DNA of 64,000 nucleotides from positions 2,653-66,652 of the forward strand of contig JAQTPW010000001.1 of the NCBI GenBank assembly GCA_028712565.1, written 5' to 3'. A program made the translations under genes and the position numbers. The notes below the pieces were generated by a model, which searched no databases, was not told where the DNA came from, and was given only the letters and a program-made list of their open reading frames with translations. This DNA comes from Minisyncoccota bacterium. GTDB taxonomy: Bacteria; Patescibacteriota; Minisyncoccia; Minisyncoccales; JAQTPW01. Of the stretch, positions 9,284-17,860 are shown piece after piece; within the stretch, counting starts at the first letter, position 1, and every line of letters starts with the position of its first letter.

Positions 9284-9321
9284 TTCTCTAATAGAAGAAA
9301 ATTTATTTAAAATTTAATAAT

Positions 9322-9340
9322 CGCCCGAAGGGCGGTTTTT
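9322..9340 (+). terminator. Rho-independent terminator
   Basis: CGCCC-GAA-GGGCG followed by GTTTTT. Confidence 0.7.
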
Positions 9341-9493
9341 GGTTCAAAACAAGAAAAGATGAAGCGGACAAATATGTAGCGTAAAAGCTAACGTCCAAGA
9401 ATATAAAGCGCGTAAGCCCGTGGAGTTTCATTAATATTGCTGGAATTTTTTCGGCTTTTGGTATAAAATTAAAAGATGTAATTGCAATTTCAA

Positions 9494-10306
9494 ATGGACT
9501 ACGATTTACGAAATATAATAATTGTCAAAAATCTTATTAAGCAATTTAACGGCCAAAAAGCCGTCGATGATATATCTTTTGATGTAAAAAAAGGAGAGAT
9601 TTTTGCATTTTTGGGGCCAAATGGCGCGGGAAAAACCACAACTATCAGGATTCTAATTACACTTTTAGCTCCTACCAGCGGAGAAGCAATTATTGACGGC
9701 AAAAGCGTAATTCATAATCCGGCAGATGTGAGGAGGGTTATAGGTTACGTTCCCCAAATGATTTCTGTTGACGGGACTTTAACAGCATATGAAAATTTAG
9801 CCCTTTTTGCCCGGCTTTATGATATTCCCAGACGGGAAAGAAAAGAACGCATTGAAGAAATTTTGGAATTTTTAAAATTGGGGGAATATGCCAATTCTCT
9901 AGTCAGGAATTTTTCAGGGGGAATGATTAGAAAGCTTGAGGTTGGGCAGGCAATGATCCATCATCCGCATTTATTATTTCTTGACGAGCCAACAACTGGG
10001 TTGGATCCGGTGGCAAAAAGAAATGTTTGGGAGCATTTATTGGAGCTTAGAGATAAATTTGGAACGACAATTTTCTTTTCAACGCATAATATGGAAGAAG
10101 CAAATGAAGTGTCAAACAGGGTTGCAATTATTAATGCCGGAAAAATTTCTGCCATAGGCACAGTTTCCGAATTAAAAGAAAAAACACAAAAAGAAAAAGC
10201 CACTCTTGAAGACGCTTTTATATTTTTTACCGGAAATTCGCTTGTTGAAAAGGGGAATTTTCATGAAATAAAAAGAGAAAGGCAAACATTTAATAGATTG
10301 GGTTAA
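9494..10306 (+). CDS. ABC transporter ATP-binding protein (ABC-2/DrrA-like exporter)
   Basis: Walker A GPNGAGKTT, signature FSGGMIRK, Walker B LLFLDEPTTGLD. ATG 9494 chosen (track start 9482 is TTG). Confidence 0.9.
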   Translation: MDYDLRNIIIVKNLIKQFNGQKAVDDISFDVKKGEIFAFLGPNGAGKTTTIRILITLLAPTSGEAIIDGKSVIHNPADVRRVIGYVPQMISVDGTLTAYENLALFARLYDIPRRERKERIEEILEFLKLGEYANSLVRNFSGGMIRKLEVGQAMIHHPHLLFLDEPTTGLDPVAKRNVWEHLLELRDKFGTTIFFSTHNMEEANEVSNRVAIINAGKISAIGTVSELKEKTQKEKATLEDAFIFFTGNSLVEKGNFHEIKRERQTFNRLG

Positions 10307-10310
10307 TAAT

Positions 10311-11087
10311 ATGATAAAGCTTATTACGCAAACTGTCGTAAAATCTTATGTGATGGCGGAAATGGAAGTAAGAAAACTTCTTCATGATCCAACCGAGCTT
10401 GCCACCAGAGCAATTCAGCCGATTTTGTGGCTGGGAATTTTTGGAGAAGCTATGAGCAAAATTAAGGCAATACCTGCTGGAGAATATACTTATTTGCAAT
10501 TTATTACTCCTGGCATTTTAACCCAGTCAATTACTTTTTTGGCAATCTTTTATGGCTTATCAATAATTTGGGAAAGAGATATGGGGTTGCTTCAAAAGTT
10601 TTTGGTAACTCCGACTCCGAGATTGGCTTTGGTCTGGGGGAAAATGATTTCAGCTGGAATCCGGGGATTGAGCCAGGCAATTATTATTTTTATTTTCGCT
10701 TTTATTTTAAAAATTCCTTTGATTCTCACTCCACTTTCAATTTTGGGGGTAATTTTAATTACAATGCTTGGGGCTTCAGTTTTTTCAGGGTTATCTATGA
10801 TTATTGCCTCTTTGGTTAAAACTCGGGAAAGATTTATGGGAATTGGGCAAGTTTTAACCCTGCCCTTATTCTTTGCGTCAAATGCAATTTACCCGATTGA
10901 TATTATGCCAGTTTGGCTGCAGACAGTGGCTAAAATAAATCCATTAAGTTATATGGTTGAAGGGCTTAGAGCTTTGTTGGTTTCAGGAGATCTTTCCCGC
11001 CTTCCAATTGATATTCTTGTTTTGGTATTTGTTGCGGGAGCCATTTCAACAATCAGCGCGTATATGTATCCAAAAGTGGTGGCATAA
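10311..11087 (+). CDS. ABC-2 type transporter permease
   Basis: 258 aa, about 6 hydrophobic spans. Adjacent to the ATPase with a 4-nt gap. Confidence 0.85.
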   Translation: MIKLITQTVVKSYVMAEMEVRKLLHDPTELATRAIQPILWLGIFGEAMSKIKAIPAGEYTYLQFITPGILTQSITFLAIFYGLSIIWERDMGLLQKFLVTPTPRLALVWGKMISAGIRGLSQAIIIFIFAFILKIPLILTPLSILGVILITMLGASVFSGLSMIIASLVKTRERFMGIGQVLTLPLFFASNAIYPIDIMPVWLQTVAKINPLSYMVEGLRALLVSGDLSRLPIDILVLVFVAGAISTISAYMYPKVVA

Positions 11088-11130
11088 ACTTGTCTTTTAA
11101 AAGACAGGGCTTTTTGTTATAATAGAAAAT

Positions 11131-11661
11131 ATGAAAAAAATAATTATAATTATTATTGCTATATTCGTTTTAGGTTTTGGAGTTTTTGAATTAATAAATT
11201 TTAATAAAATGAAAAATCAAAATCAAAGCGAAAGTAAAAATGAGAATCAGTCGACCTCAACTGAAGAATCAGAAAGCGGCGCAACCACAACAGGAGAAGC
11301 AGAAAATAATCTTGTCGAAAATAAAAATTCTGCAAAAGAAGAATTAAAAATAGAGACATTAAGGCAGGGGACGGGAGCCGAAGCTAAAAATGGCGACAAC
11401 GTCAGGGTAGATTATATTGGTACGCTTGAAGACGGGACAAAATTTGATTCCAGTTATGACAGAGGAATGCCAATTTTGTTTACTTTGGGAAACGGTTCGG
11501 TAATTAAGGGATGGGAAATGGGAATTTTGGGGATGAAAGTCGGGGAGAAAAGGAGATTAACAGTTCCGCCAGATTTAGCTTATGGAGAATCGGGGTATCC
11601 CGGGGTGATTCCTCCAAATGCCACTCTTATTTTTGAAGTGGAATTAATAGGATTTAATTAA
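11131..11661 (+). CDS. FKBP-type peptidyl-prolyl cis-trans isomerase, membrane-anchored
   Basis: N-terminal TM helix. FKBP core ..VRVDYIGTLEDGTKFDSSYDRG..VIKGWEMGILGMKVGEKRRLTVPPDLAYG. Confidence 0.9.
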   Translation: MKKIIIIIIAIFVLGFGVFELINFNKMKNQNQSESKNENQSTSTEESESGATTTGEAENNLVENKNSAKEELKIETLRQGTGAEAKNGDNVRVDYIGTLEDGTKFDSSYDRGMPILFTLGNGSVIKGWEMGILGMKVGEKRRLTVPPDLAYGESGYPGVIPPNATLIFEVELIGFN

Positions 11662-11680
11662 TAAAAACTGCCTTTTCTAA

Positions 11681-11711
11681 ACCGCGCGGTTAGATAACCT
11701 CGCGGTTTTTT
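11681..11711 (+). terminator. Rho-independent terminator
   Basis: ACCGCG (11681-11686) / CGCGGT (11701-11706) followed by a T-run. Confidence 0.65.
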
Positions 11712-11736
11712 GTTAATATGAAATAACTCAAATTAA

Positions 11737-13587
11737 ATGATTGAAAACCAGGATAGAAATACAAAAATTTTTTTGAATCTTAATCTTTTGCTCTGTTTTG
11801 TTTTAATCCAGATTTTGCTTGCCTATTGGTTTAAGATTTTTCCTTTGGAAGACAAAATTTTATTTATAATTTCCTTTGCCGCAACCCTGCCAGTTCTTTT
11901 TAGCGCCATAAACTCTCTGAAAAATAAAAAAATCTCCATTGATTTGTTAGCCAGCATTGCTTTAATAGTTTCCTTGGCAAAAAAAGAATGGCTGCCGGCG
12001 ATTTTTATAAATCTGATGGTAGCTTCCGCAAGGGCTTTTATGGATTACGTAAAAATCAGATCTCATTCTGCGATTGAAAGCTTAAGAAAATTAAAACCTC
12101 AAAATGTAAAAGTGGAAGAAAATGGAAAAATTATAGAAATGCCTTTAGAAGATGTAAAAGTAGGCAATAATATTGTTGTCGAATTGGGAGAATGCGTTCC
12201 GGTTGACGGATTTATCATAAAGGGGCAGGCGACTATTGACCAATCATCTTTGACAGGAGAGTCGGCTCCAGTTTTAAAAAAAGAAGGGGATAATATTTTA
12301 AGTTTTACCACTGTTTTGGCCGGGCATTTGGTAATTCGGGCAGAAAAAGTGGGAAAGGAAACAACTCTCGAAAAAATTATTGATTTAGTTGAGCAGTCGC
12401 AGAGCAACAAAGCCCCGATTTATTCTCTGATAGATAAATTTGCCAAGTGGTATATCTTTATTACTTTAGGAGGAGCTATCTTAATTTATTTAGTTTCAAA
12501 AAATACAGATTTAGTTGTGGGCCTTCTTTTGGTGAGTTGCGCAGATGATATTGCCGTGGCGACTCCCATGGCTTTAATGTCTGCTATTACTCACAGCGCA
12601 AGGCACGGAGCAATAATTAAAGGCGGAGATTATTTGGAGGGTTTGGCAAAACTGAAAACAATTGTTTTTGATAAAACCGGCACATTAACACAAGGAAAAT
12701 TAAAAATTGAAGAAATTGTTCCCCTTGGCAATAAAACTATAGACGAGATTTTAGAGGTGGCCGCTGTCGCTTCTTCCTGTTCCAGCCATCCGATTGCGCA
12801 CGCAATTATCAGCTATGCTCAGGAAAAAAATATTCCTATTGGAGAGCCGGAAAATTTCGAAGAGTATGGCGGAAAGGGCATGTCCGCATATTTTAAAGGA
12901 AAAATAATTCTAATAGGAAAATTGTCATTTTTCCAAGATTTAAAAATTAAAATTAGCCAGTCACAAATTTCCGAGATTAAAAAAAGAATATCAAACAGAT
13001 TTAATGTCAGCTTAGTTGCTTATGGAAACGAATTGGCAGGCTTTATTGATTTGGTTGATACGGTAAAACCACAGGTAAAAGAAACCATAGCAGAATTAAA
13101 AAAATTAGGCATAGAAAAAACTGTAATGTTAACCGGAGATAATGAGAGAGTCGCGCAAAAAGTAGCCGAGGAAACAGGGATTGATGAATTTTATGCAAAT
13201 CTCCTGCCGGGTGATAAACTCGAATATCTGAAAAAATTCTTAAACAAAAAATACAAAGTAGCTATGGTCGGGGATGGAGTAAACGACGCGCCGGGTTTGG
13301 CCCTGTCCGATGTGGGAATTGCAATGGGGGCGATAGGATCAGATGCATCTATAGAAGCGGCTGATATTGCTTTGATGAAAGATGATTTGTCTCAGGTCCC
13401 GGAATTGATTAAGATAGGCCGTTCTACTATGGGAGTGATAAAACAGAATATAATAATATGGGCAATTTTAAATGTTTTAGGTTTTATTTTAGTTTTCAGC
13501 CACGTCCTTAATCCTTCGGGAGCTGCAGCCTATAATTTTATTTGCGACTTCATCCCAATTTTTAATTCTCTTCGGTTATTTAGATAA
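11737..13587 (+). CDS. P1B-type (heavy-metal) P-type ATPase without N-terminal metal-binding domain
   Basis: 616 aa. DKTGTLT, TGDN, GDGVNDAP. The TM motif is VSCADD where CPC/CPx is usual. Confidence 0.85.
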   Translation: MIENQDRNTKIFLNLNLLLCFVLIQILLAYWFKIFPLEDKILFIISFAATLPVLFSAINSLKNKKISIDLLASIALIVSLAKKEWLPAIFINLMVASARAFMDYVKIRSHSAIESLRKLKPQNVKVEENGKIIEMPLEDVKVGNNIVVELGECVPVDGFIIKGQATIDQSSLTGESAPVLKKEGDNILSFTTVLAGHLVIRAEKVGKETTLEKIIDLVEQSQSNKAPIYSLIDKFAKWYIFITLGGAILIYLVSKNTDLVVGLLLVSCADDIAVATPMALMSAITHSARHGAIIKGGDYLEGLAKLKTIVFDKTGTLTQGKLKIEEIVPLGNKTIDEILEVAAVASSCSSHPIAHAIISYAQEKNIPIGEPENFEEYGGKGMSAYFKGKIILIGKLSFFQDLKIKISQSQISEIKKRISNRFNVSLVAYGNELAGFIDLVDTVKPQVKETIAELKKLGIEKTVMLTGDNERVAQKVAEETGIDEFYANLLPGDKLEYLKKFLNKKYKVAMVGDGVNDAPGLALSDVGIAMGAIGSDASIEAADIALMKDDLSQVPELIKIGRSTMGVIKQNIIIWAILNVLGFILVFSHVLNPSGAAAYNFICDFIPIFNSLRLFR

Positions 13588-13655
13588 TAAAAATTCATTT
13601 TAATTTAATCTTTTTAAGATAATATATTCTTGCATTTAAAATTTCTTTATCTTTT

Positions 13656-14057
13656 GTGATAGAAAAAATCCGAAAAACCGAGGAGGAATGGAAAAAAATT
13701 CTTACTCCGAAACAATATCAAATAATGCGCGATCGCGGAACCGAACCTGCCTTTTCTTGCACCTGGGAAAAACAGGAAAATGGTATTTATCATTGCGCTG
13801 CGTGTGATTTGCCGCTTTTCCGGTCGAAAGCAAAATACGAGTCGGGTACTGGCTGGCCAAGTTTTTTCGTGCCGATAAACTCAGAATATATTGATGAATG
13901 CCCGGATAATTCTTCTGCTCTTCAGAGGATAGAAGTTCTTTGCGCAAGATGCGGATCCCATCTCGGCCATGTTTTTGCCGACGGCCCGCCGCCTACCGGA
14001 AAGCGCTACTGCATAAATTCCCTGGCTTTAAATTTTAAGCCAAATGGAAAAGAATAA
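13656..14057 (+). CDS. msrB: Peptide-methionine (R)-S-oxide reductase
   Basis: 133 aa. Zn CxxC pairs (CAACDLPLF, CARCGSHLGHVF) and catalytic ..RYCINS... GTG start. Confidence 0.9.
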   Translation: MIEKIRKTEEEWKKILTPKQYQIMRDRGTEPAFSCTWEKQENGIYHCAACDLPLFRSKAKYESGTGWPSFFVPINSEYIDECPDNSSALQRIEVLCARCGSHLGHVFADGPPPTGKRYCINSLALNFKPNGKE

Positions 14058-14069
14058 TAAAATATAAGA

Positions 14070-14104
14070 ATCCGTCCGGCTCCAGAAAACCGGGCGGATT
14101 TTTT
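14070..14104 (+). terminator. Rho-independent terminator
   Basis: ATCCGTCCGG ... CCGGGCGGAT stem followed by T6. Confidence 0.75.
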
Positions 14105-14140
14105 AATAAGCTGGCATAACATCAATTAGTTCTTGCAAAT

Positions 14141-14231
14141 TTAACACAAAGCCGAAAAGCATTATGTTAAGTTGGCACAAAACTGAAAAGTTTATGTCAA
14201 GAATTGACACAAAGCCGAAAAGCATTATATT
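14141..14231 (+). promoter_or_regulatory. Duplicated promoter upstream of ftsZ
   Basis: 25-bp direct repeat TT(A/G)ACACAAAGCCGAAAAGCATTAT at 14141-14165 and 14204-14228. Proximal copy: TTGACA (14204-14209), 16 nt, TATATT (14226-14231), ATG at 14238. Confidence 0.6.
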
Positions 14232-14237
14232 TAATTA

Positions 14238-15656
14238 ATGGCAAGGAAAAAGAAAAAAAATAAAAAGCGGGTTTTCGAAGGCAAAAAAGATTTGCCAGAA
14301 AGATTGGGTATGCCGGAAGTAAAAAATGAAGAGCCGAAAGTAAAAGCCACAAAAATCAGGGTAGTCGGAATTGGGGGCGGGGGAAGTTCAATTGTTTCAG
14401 AAATTGCTTCCAGAATAACAAAAGCTTCTTTTGTCGCGGCAAATACAGACAGCAAGGCATTGAAGGAGGTCAACAAAAATGTCATCCGTTTTCAATTTGG
14501 AGAAGATTTGACCCGAGGATTAGGAACGGGCATGAATCCGGAAATAGGCGAAACGGCGGCTTTGAACGAAAAAGATAAAATAAAAAATTTATTTGAAGGG
14601 CAGGATCTTTCAATAATAGTTGCTTGTTTGGGAAGCGGAACCGGGTCTGGAGCTGCTCCCATTTTTGCAAAAATTTCAAAAAATCTCGGAAATTTAACTT
14701 ACGGAATTTTCACTCTGCCTTTTGCTTTTGAAGGAGAAAAGAAAATGGCAATTGCCAAAGCTGCTTTGGAAAAAATAAAGCCGAGATTGCATGCGTTATC
14801 CGTAATACCCAATGAAAGGATTTTCCAAATTATCCAAAAAGAAACTCCACTGAGACAGGCCCTATCTGCAATAAATGACAGATTAGCTGCGGCTTTGGAG
14901 GGATTGATTGAAATAATTTACGACGTGGGTTTGATTAATATTGATTTTGCGGATTTCAGGACAATTTTGCAGGGGCAAGGAAGATTGGCATATTTAAATA
15001 CAATTCGAGTCCAGAAAAAAGAAGGAGCTGTCCAGGAAGCAATTGAAAAATTATTAAATTCACCGCTTTATCCTTACAGCATTAAAGGCGCAAAAAGCGT
15101 TTTATATAATATTGCCGGAGAAAAGGGGTTGACTTTGTCTGAAGTCAGCCAGATTTCAAAAACTATTTCTGAACTGGTAAACAAAGAGGCAAAAATTATT
15201 TTTGGGGTGTCGCAAAATCAAAAATTTGCAGGCGTAATCAAAACAACCTTGCTGGCAACTGGCTGCGGAAATAAAATTTTTGCGGGCGGGGGAAAAGAAA
15301 CCAGAAAAAAAACGAAAAAAAATTCGGGGAAAAAATCTGCGTCCGCCAAAACCATTGATTCTGCAGTTTCAGGCAAAAAGTCGCCAGAAAACAAGAAAAA
15401 AACAAATAAGAAGCCCAAAATAAATAAAAGAAGGGCAAAAAGATTCAAAGCCCCAAAAATTAAAATAATCCCTACTCCTGAAAATGAAATAGGAACCGAA
15501 GCAATTTTCACTTCTTTGGAAAATAAAAATGCACAAAAGGTGAGGAAAAACGCCCTCCAATTAAAAAAAGAAGCAGAAGCAGAAGAGGCAATAATGCTGG
15601 CTCGGGAGCAAGCTTGGGAAGTGCCGGCCTTTTTGAGGAGAAAAAAAATTATTTAA
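14238..15656 (+). CDS. ftsZ: Cell division protein FtsZ with long Lys-rich C-terminal linker
   Basis: GIGGGGSS, GLGTGMNPEIG, GSGTGSGAAP tubulin signature. About 120-aa K/S-rich tail, then a conserved C-terminal peptide ..WEVPAFLRRKK. Confidence 0.95.
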   Translation: MARKKKKNKKRVFEGKKDLPERLGMPEVKNEEPKVKATKIRVVGIGGGGSSIVSEIASRITKASFVAANTDSKALKEVNKNVIRFQFGEDLTRGLGTGMNPEIGETAALNEKDKIKNLFEGQDLSIIVACLGSGTGSGAAPIFAKISKNLGNLTYGIFTLPFAFEGEKKMAIAKAALEKIKPRLHALSVIPNERIFQIIQKETPLRQALSAINDRLAAALEGLIEIIYDVGLINIDFADFRTILQGQGRLAYLNTIRVQKKEGAVQEAIEKLLNSPLYPYSIKGAKSVLYNIAGEKGLTLSEVSQISKTISELVNKEAKIIFGVSQNQKFAGVIKTTLLATGCGNKIFAGGGKETRKKTKKNSGKKSASAKTIDSAVSGKKSPENKKKTNKKPKINKRRAKRFKAPKIKIIPTPENEIGTEAIFTSLENKNAQKVRKNALQLKKEAEAEEAIMLAREQAWEVPAFLRRKKII

Positions 15657-15671
15657 CTAGTTTTTTATTCC

Positions 15672-15694
15672 ACTGGCTCAAGGGCCAGTTTTTT
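15672..15694 (+). terminator. Rho-independent terminator of ftsZ
   Basis: ACTGGC-TCAAGG-GCCAGT followed by T6. Confidence 0.8.
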
Positions 15695-15696
15695 GT

Positions 15697-15840
15697 GCGC
15701 TTCGGGAAAGTAAGTTCTGGTACGCGCTTCGCTTGCCCAGCGTGCTCGCTCGCTCAGGTCCTCACCTCGCTCTTCCCTTCGGGAAACCATGCCCGCTCGG
15801 TTCCGGATCGTCCCAAAACTCACTTTCCCTCGCTTTGAAA
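15697..15840. repeat. GC-rich structured repeat, copy 1 (family 'R-eno/ftsZ')
   Basis: Outer arms GGGAAAGTAAGTTCTGG (15704-15720) and CCCAAAACTCACTTTCCC (15812-15829). The core shares a 36-nt identical block CCTCGCTCTTCCCTTCGGGAAACCATGCCCGCTCGG with 20788-20823. Confidence 0.85.
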
Positions 15841-16092
15841 AAGTGAAATGCGAAAGCGTGCCCCGAAAAGGCGGTTTTTGTTTTTGTGAAGGCTTGATTT
15901 TCCTTTCAAGTTTATTAAAATCTAAAATCATAGTAAATTAACAAATAAGGAGGAGTTAATGAGGATTGTAAACATTGAGAAGAATCGTCAAAGCCTCGCT
16001 ATTTTATGATGAGCGAAGACAAACAAATATGTAGACCTGCCTCGCTTATTTTTATTGTAAATTTAAATATGATAATATAGATAAATAAATAT

Positions 16093-16968
16093 ATGGAAAT
16101 TCAAAAAGTCGTAATTCCGGCTGCTGGCTGGGGGACAAGATTTTTGCCCCAAACCAAAGCTCTTCCTAAAGAGATGCTGCCAGTTGTGGACAAGCCCGTT
16201 GTCCAATATGTGGCTGAAGAAGCCGCGGCTTCGGGAATTAAAGATATTGTCTTAATAACCGGCTGGCATAAAAGGGCAATAGAAGACCATTTTGACAGGT
16301 CTTTGGAACTGGAAAAATATCTTCAAGATAGGGGAAAAGAAAAAGAACTGGCTGAAATAAAAAGAATTGCCGACCTTGCCAATTTTATTTATATCCGTCA
16401 AAAAGGCCCAGCTTATGGGAATGCAATTCCAGTGTTGGCGGCCGAGCCCGTAATAGGAAAAGAATATTTTGCGGTTTTATGGGGAGATGAATTTATTTGG
16501 GCAGATCCGCCAAGGTTAGCCCAGATGATTGAAGTTTACAAAAAATATAAAGGGGCGGTAATTTCTGCTGTCCGAATTGATTCAAAAGATAATCTTTCCA
16601 GATACGGCATTGCAGACTTGGAAGATGTCAAAGGAAATGTTTTTAAGATTAAAAAAATTGTTGAAAAGCCGCTTCCCCAAGAAGCTCCATCAAATTTGGC
16701 AACTCACGGAGCCTATATTCTGCCGCCCGAAATTTTTGACATTATCAGGAATTTGAAACCGGGCCGGGGAGGTGAAATTTGGCTGACTGATGCGATAAAC
16801 GCATTAATTTTACAGGGTTTTCCGGTTTTTGCCTGCGAAATAAAAAACGCAAAATATTATGACACCGGAAATAAAATAGAATATTTAAAAACTGTAGTTG
16901 AATTTGCTCTGCGCCATCAGGATTTCGGAAAAGAGTTCAAAAAATATCTTAAAGATTTAAAATTATAA
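16093..16968 (+). CDS. galU: UTP--glucose-1-phosphate uridylyltransferase
   Basis: 291 aa. VIPAAGWGTRFLPQTKALPKEMLPVVDKP. Confidence 0.92.
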   Translation: MEIQKVVIPAAGWGTRFLPQTKALPKEMLPVVDKPVVQYVAEEAAASGIKDIVLITGWHKRAIEDHFDRSLELEKYLQDRGKEKELAEIKRIADLANFIYIRQKGPAYGNAIPVLAAEPVIGKEYFAVLWGDEFIWADPPRLAQMIEVYKKYKGAVISAVRIDSKDNLSRYGIADLEDVKGNVFKIKKIVEKPLPQEAPSNLATHGAYILPPEIFDIIRNLKPGRGGEIWLTDAINALILQGFPVFACEIKNAKYYDTGNKIEYLKTVVEFALRHQDFGKEFKKYLKDLKL

Positions 16969-16988
16969 TTTTTTTAAAAAATTAAAAT

Positions 16989-17855
16989 ATGATTGAAGTT
17001 AAAAAAGATATTTTAAAAAATATATATAAAGAAAGAACGGAAGAAGAGGTAAAAAAATACGACTACGGATTATTAATTGTAATCGGAGGGTCGGATTTTT
17101 ACAGCGGCTCTCCAGCTTTGTCTTCTCTTGCCGCTTTCCGGGCAGGAGCGGATATGGTAAGAATCATTGCCCCAAAAAGAGCAGCTGATATTATTGCTTC
17201 TTTTTCGCCAATTTTGGCAGCTTATCCTTTGGAGGGAAAATGGCTGGAAAAAAATCATTTGGCAACTTTGGTAGGAATGACTGAAGCCGCAAAAGTGTCG
17301 GCCAAGGGGAAGGTTTCGGTTGTAATTGGCGGAGGAATCGGAAGATCAGATGAGACGCAAGATGTCATTTTGGAATATTTGGAACAAATCAACGTTCCTG
17401 TTGTAATTGATGCCGATGCCATTCACGCGATTTCTAAAAAGCCGGAAGTTATCAAAGGCAAAAATTTTTTGATTACTCCCAATACTTATGAATTTTTTGT
17501 TTTAACGAAAAGAGAAATTTATAAATTACCGATTGATGAAAAAATAAAAGCGATTCAGGAAGAGTCTGGAAAAATTGGAGCCACAATTTTGCAAAAAGGA
17601 GGTATTGATATAATTTCAAACGGAAAAGAATTGGCAATATCACAAGGCGGGTCCCCTTATATGACAAAAGGAGGAATGGGGGACACTTTAGCCGGAGTCT
17701 GCGGGGCCCTTCTTGCAAGAGGCGTTAACGTATTTGAGGCGGCCTGCGCCGCGTCCTATATTAATAAAAAAGCCGGAGAAGCGGCTGTAAAAAAACTGAG
17801 AGACGGCGTGACAGCAAAAGATTTAATTGAAAAAATTCCGGAAGTTTTGTACTAA
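16989..17855 (+). CDS. nnrD: ADP/ATP-dependent NAD(P)H-hydrate dehydratase (YjeF C-terminal type)
   Basis: 288 aa. ..GGSDFYSGSPALSSLAAFRAGADMV.. and ..GGMGDTLAGV... Confidence 0.85.
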   Translation: MIEVKKDILKNIYKERTEEEVKKYDYGLLIVIGGSDFYSGSPALSSLAAFRAGADMVRIIAPKRAADIIASFSPILAAYPLEGKWLEKNHLATLVGMTEAAKVSAKGKVSVVIGGGIGRSDETQDVILEYLEQINVPVVIDADAIHAISKKPEVIKGKNFLITPNTYEFFVLTKREIYKLPIDEKIKAIQEESGKIGATILQKGGIDIISNGKELAISQGGSPYMTKGGMGDTLAGVCGALLARGVNVFEAACAASYINKKAGEAAVKKLRDGVTAKDLIEKIPEVLY

Positions 17856-17860
17856 ATTTT

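Noticed and set aside
10568-10819. 83-aa alternative-frame ORF inside the ABC-2 permease, and the many 60-110-aa antisense ORFs in the track (e.g. 160-456 -, 12099-12410 -, 32210-32542 -, 63389-63739 -)
   Set aside because: They are fully nested in or antisense to well-supported genes, have low-complexity or odd composition, and lack start signals.
14110-14140. Possible sigma-54 promoter (CTGGCATAAC...TTGCAAAT) upstream of ftsZ
   Set aside because: The GG and GC elements are about 22 nt apart instead of the required spacing (TGGCAC-N5-TTGC).
15665-15931. Minus-strand peptide conserved between the two repeat copies (..R(N/S)RAGMVSRREERGE(D/N)..ERARWASE..; also 20642-20845 -)
   Set aside because: The conservation simply mirrors DNA identity of the repeat. 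Copy 2's ORF runs antisense into eno, there are no start signals, and the differences between copies are mostly non-synonymous.
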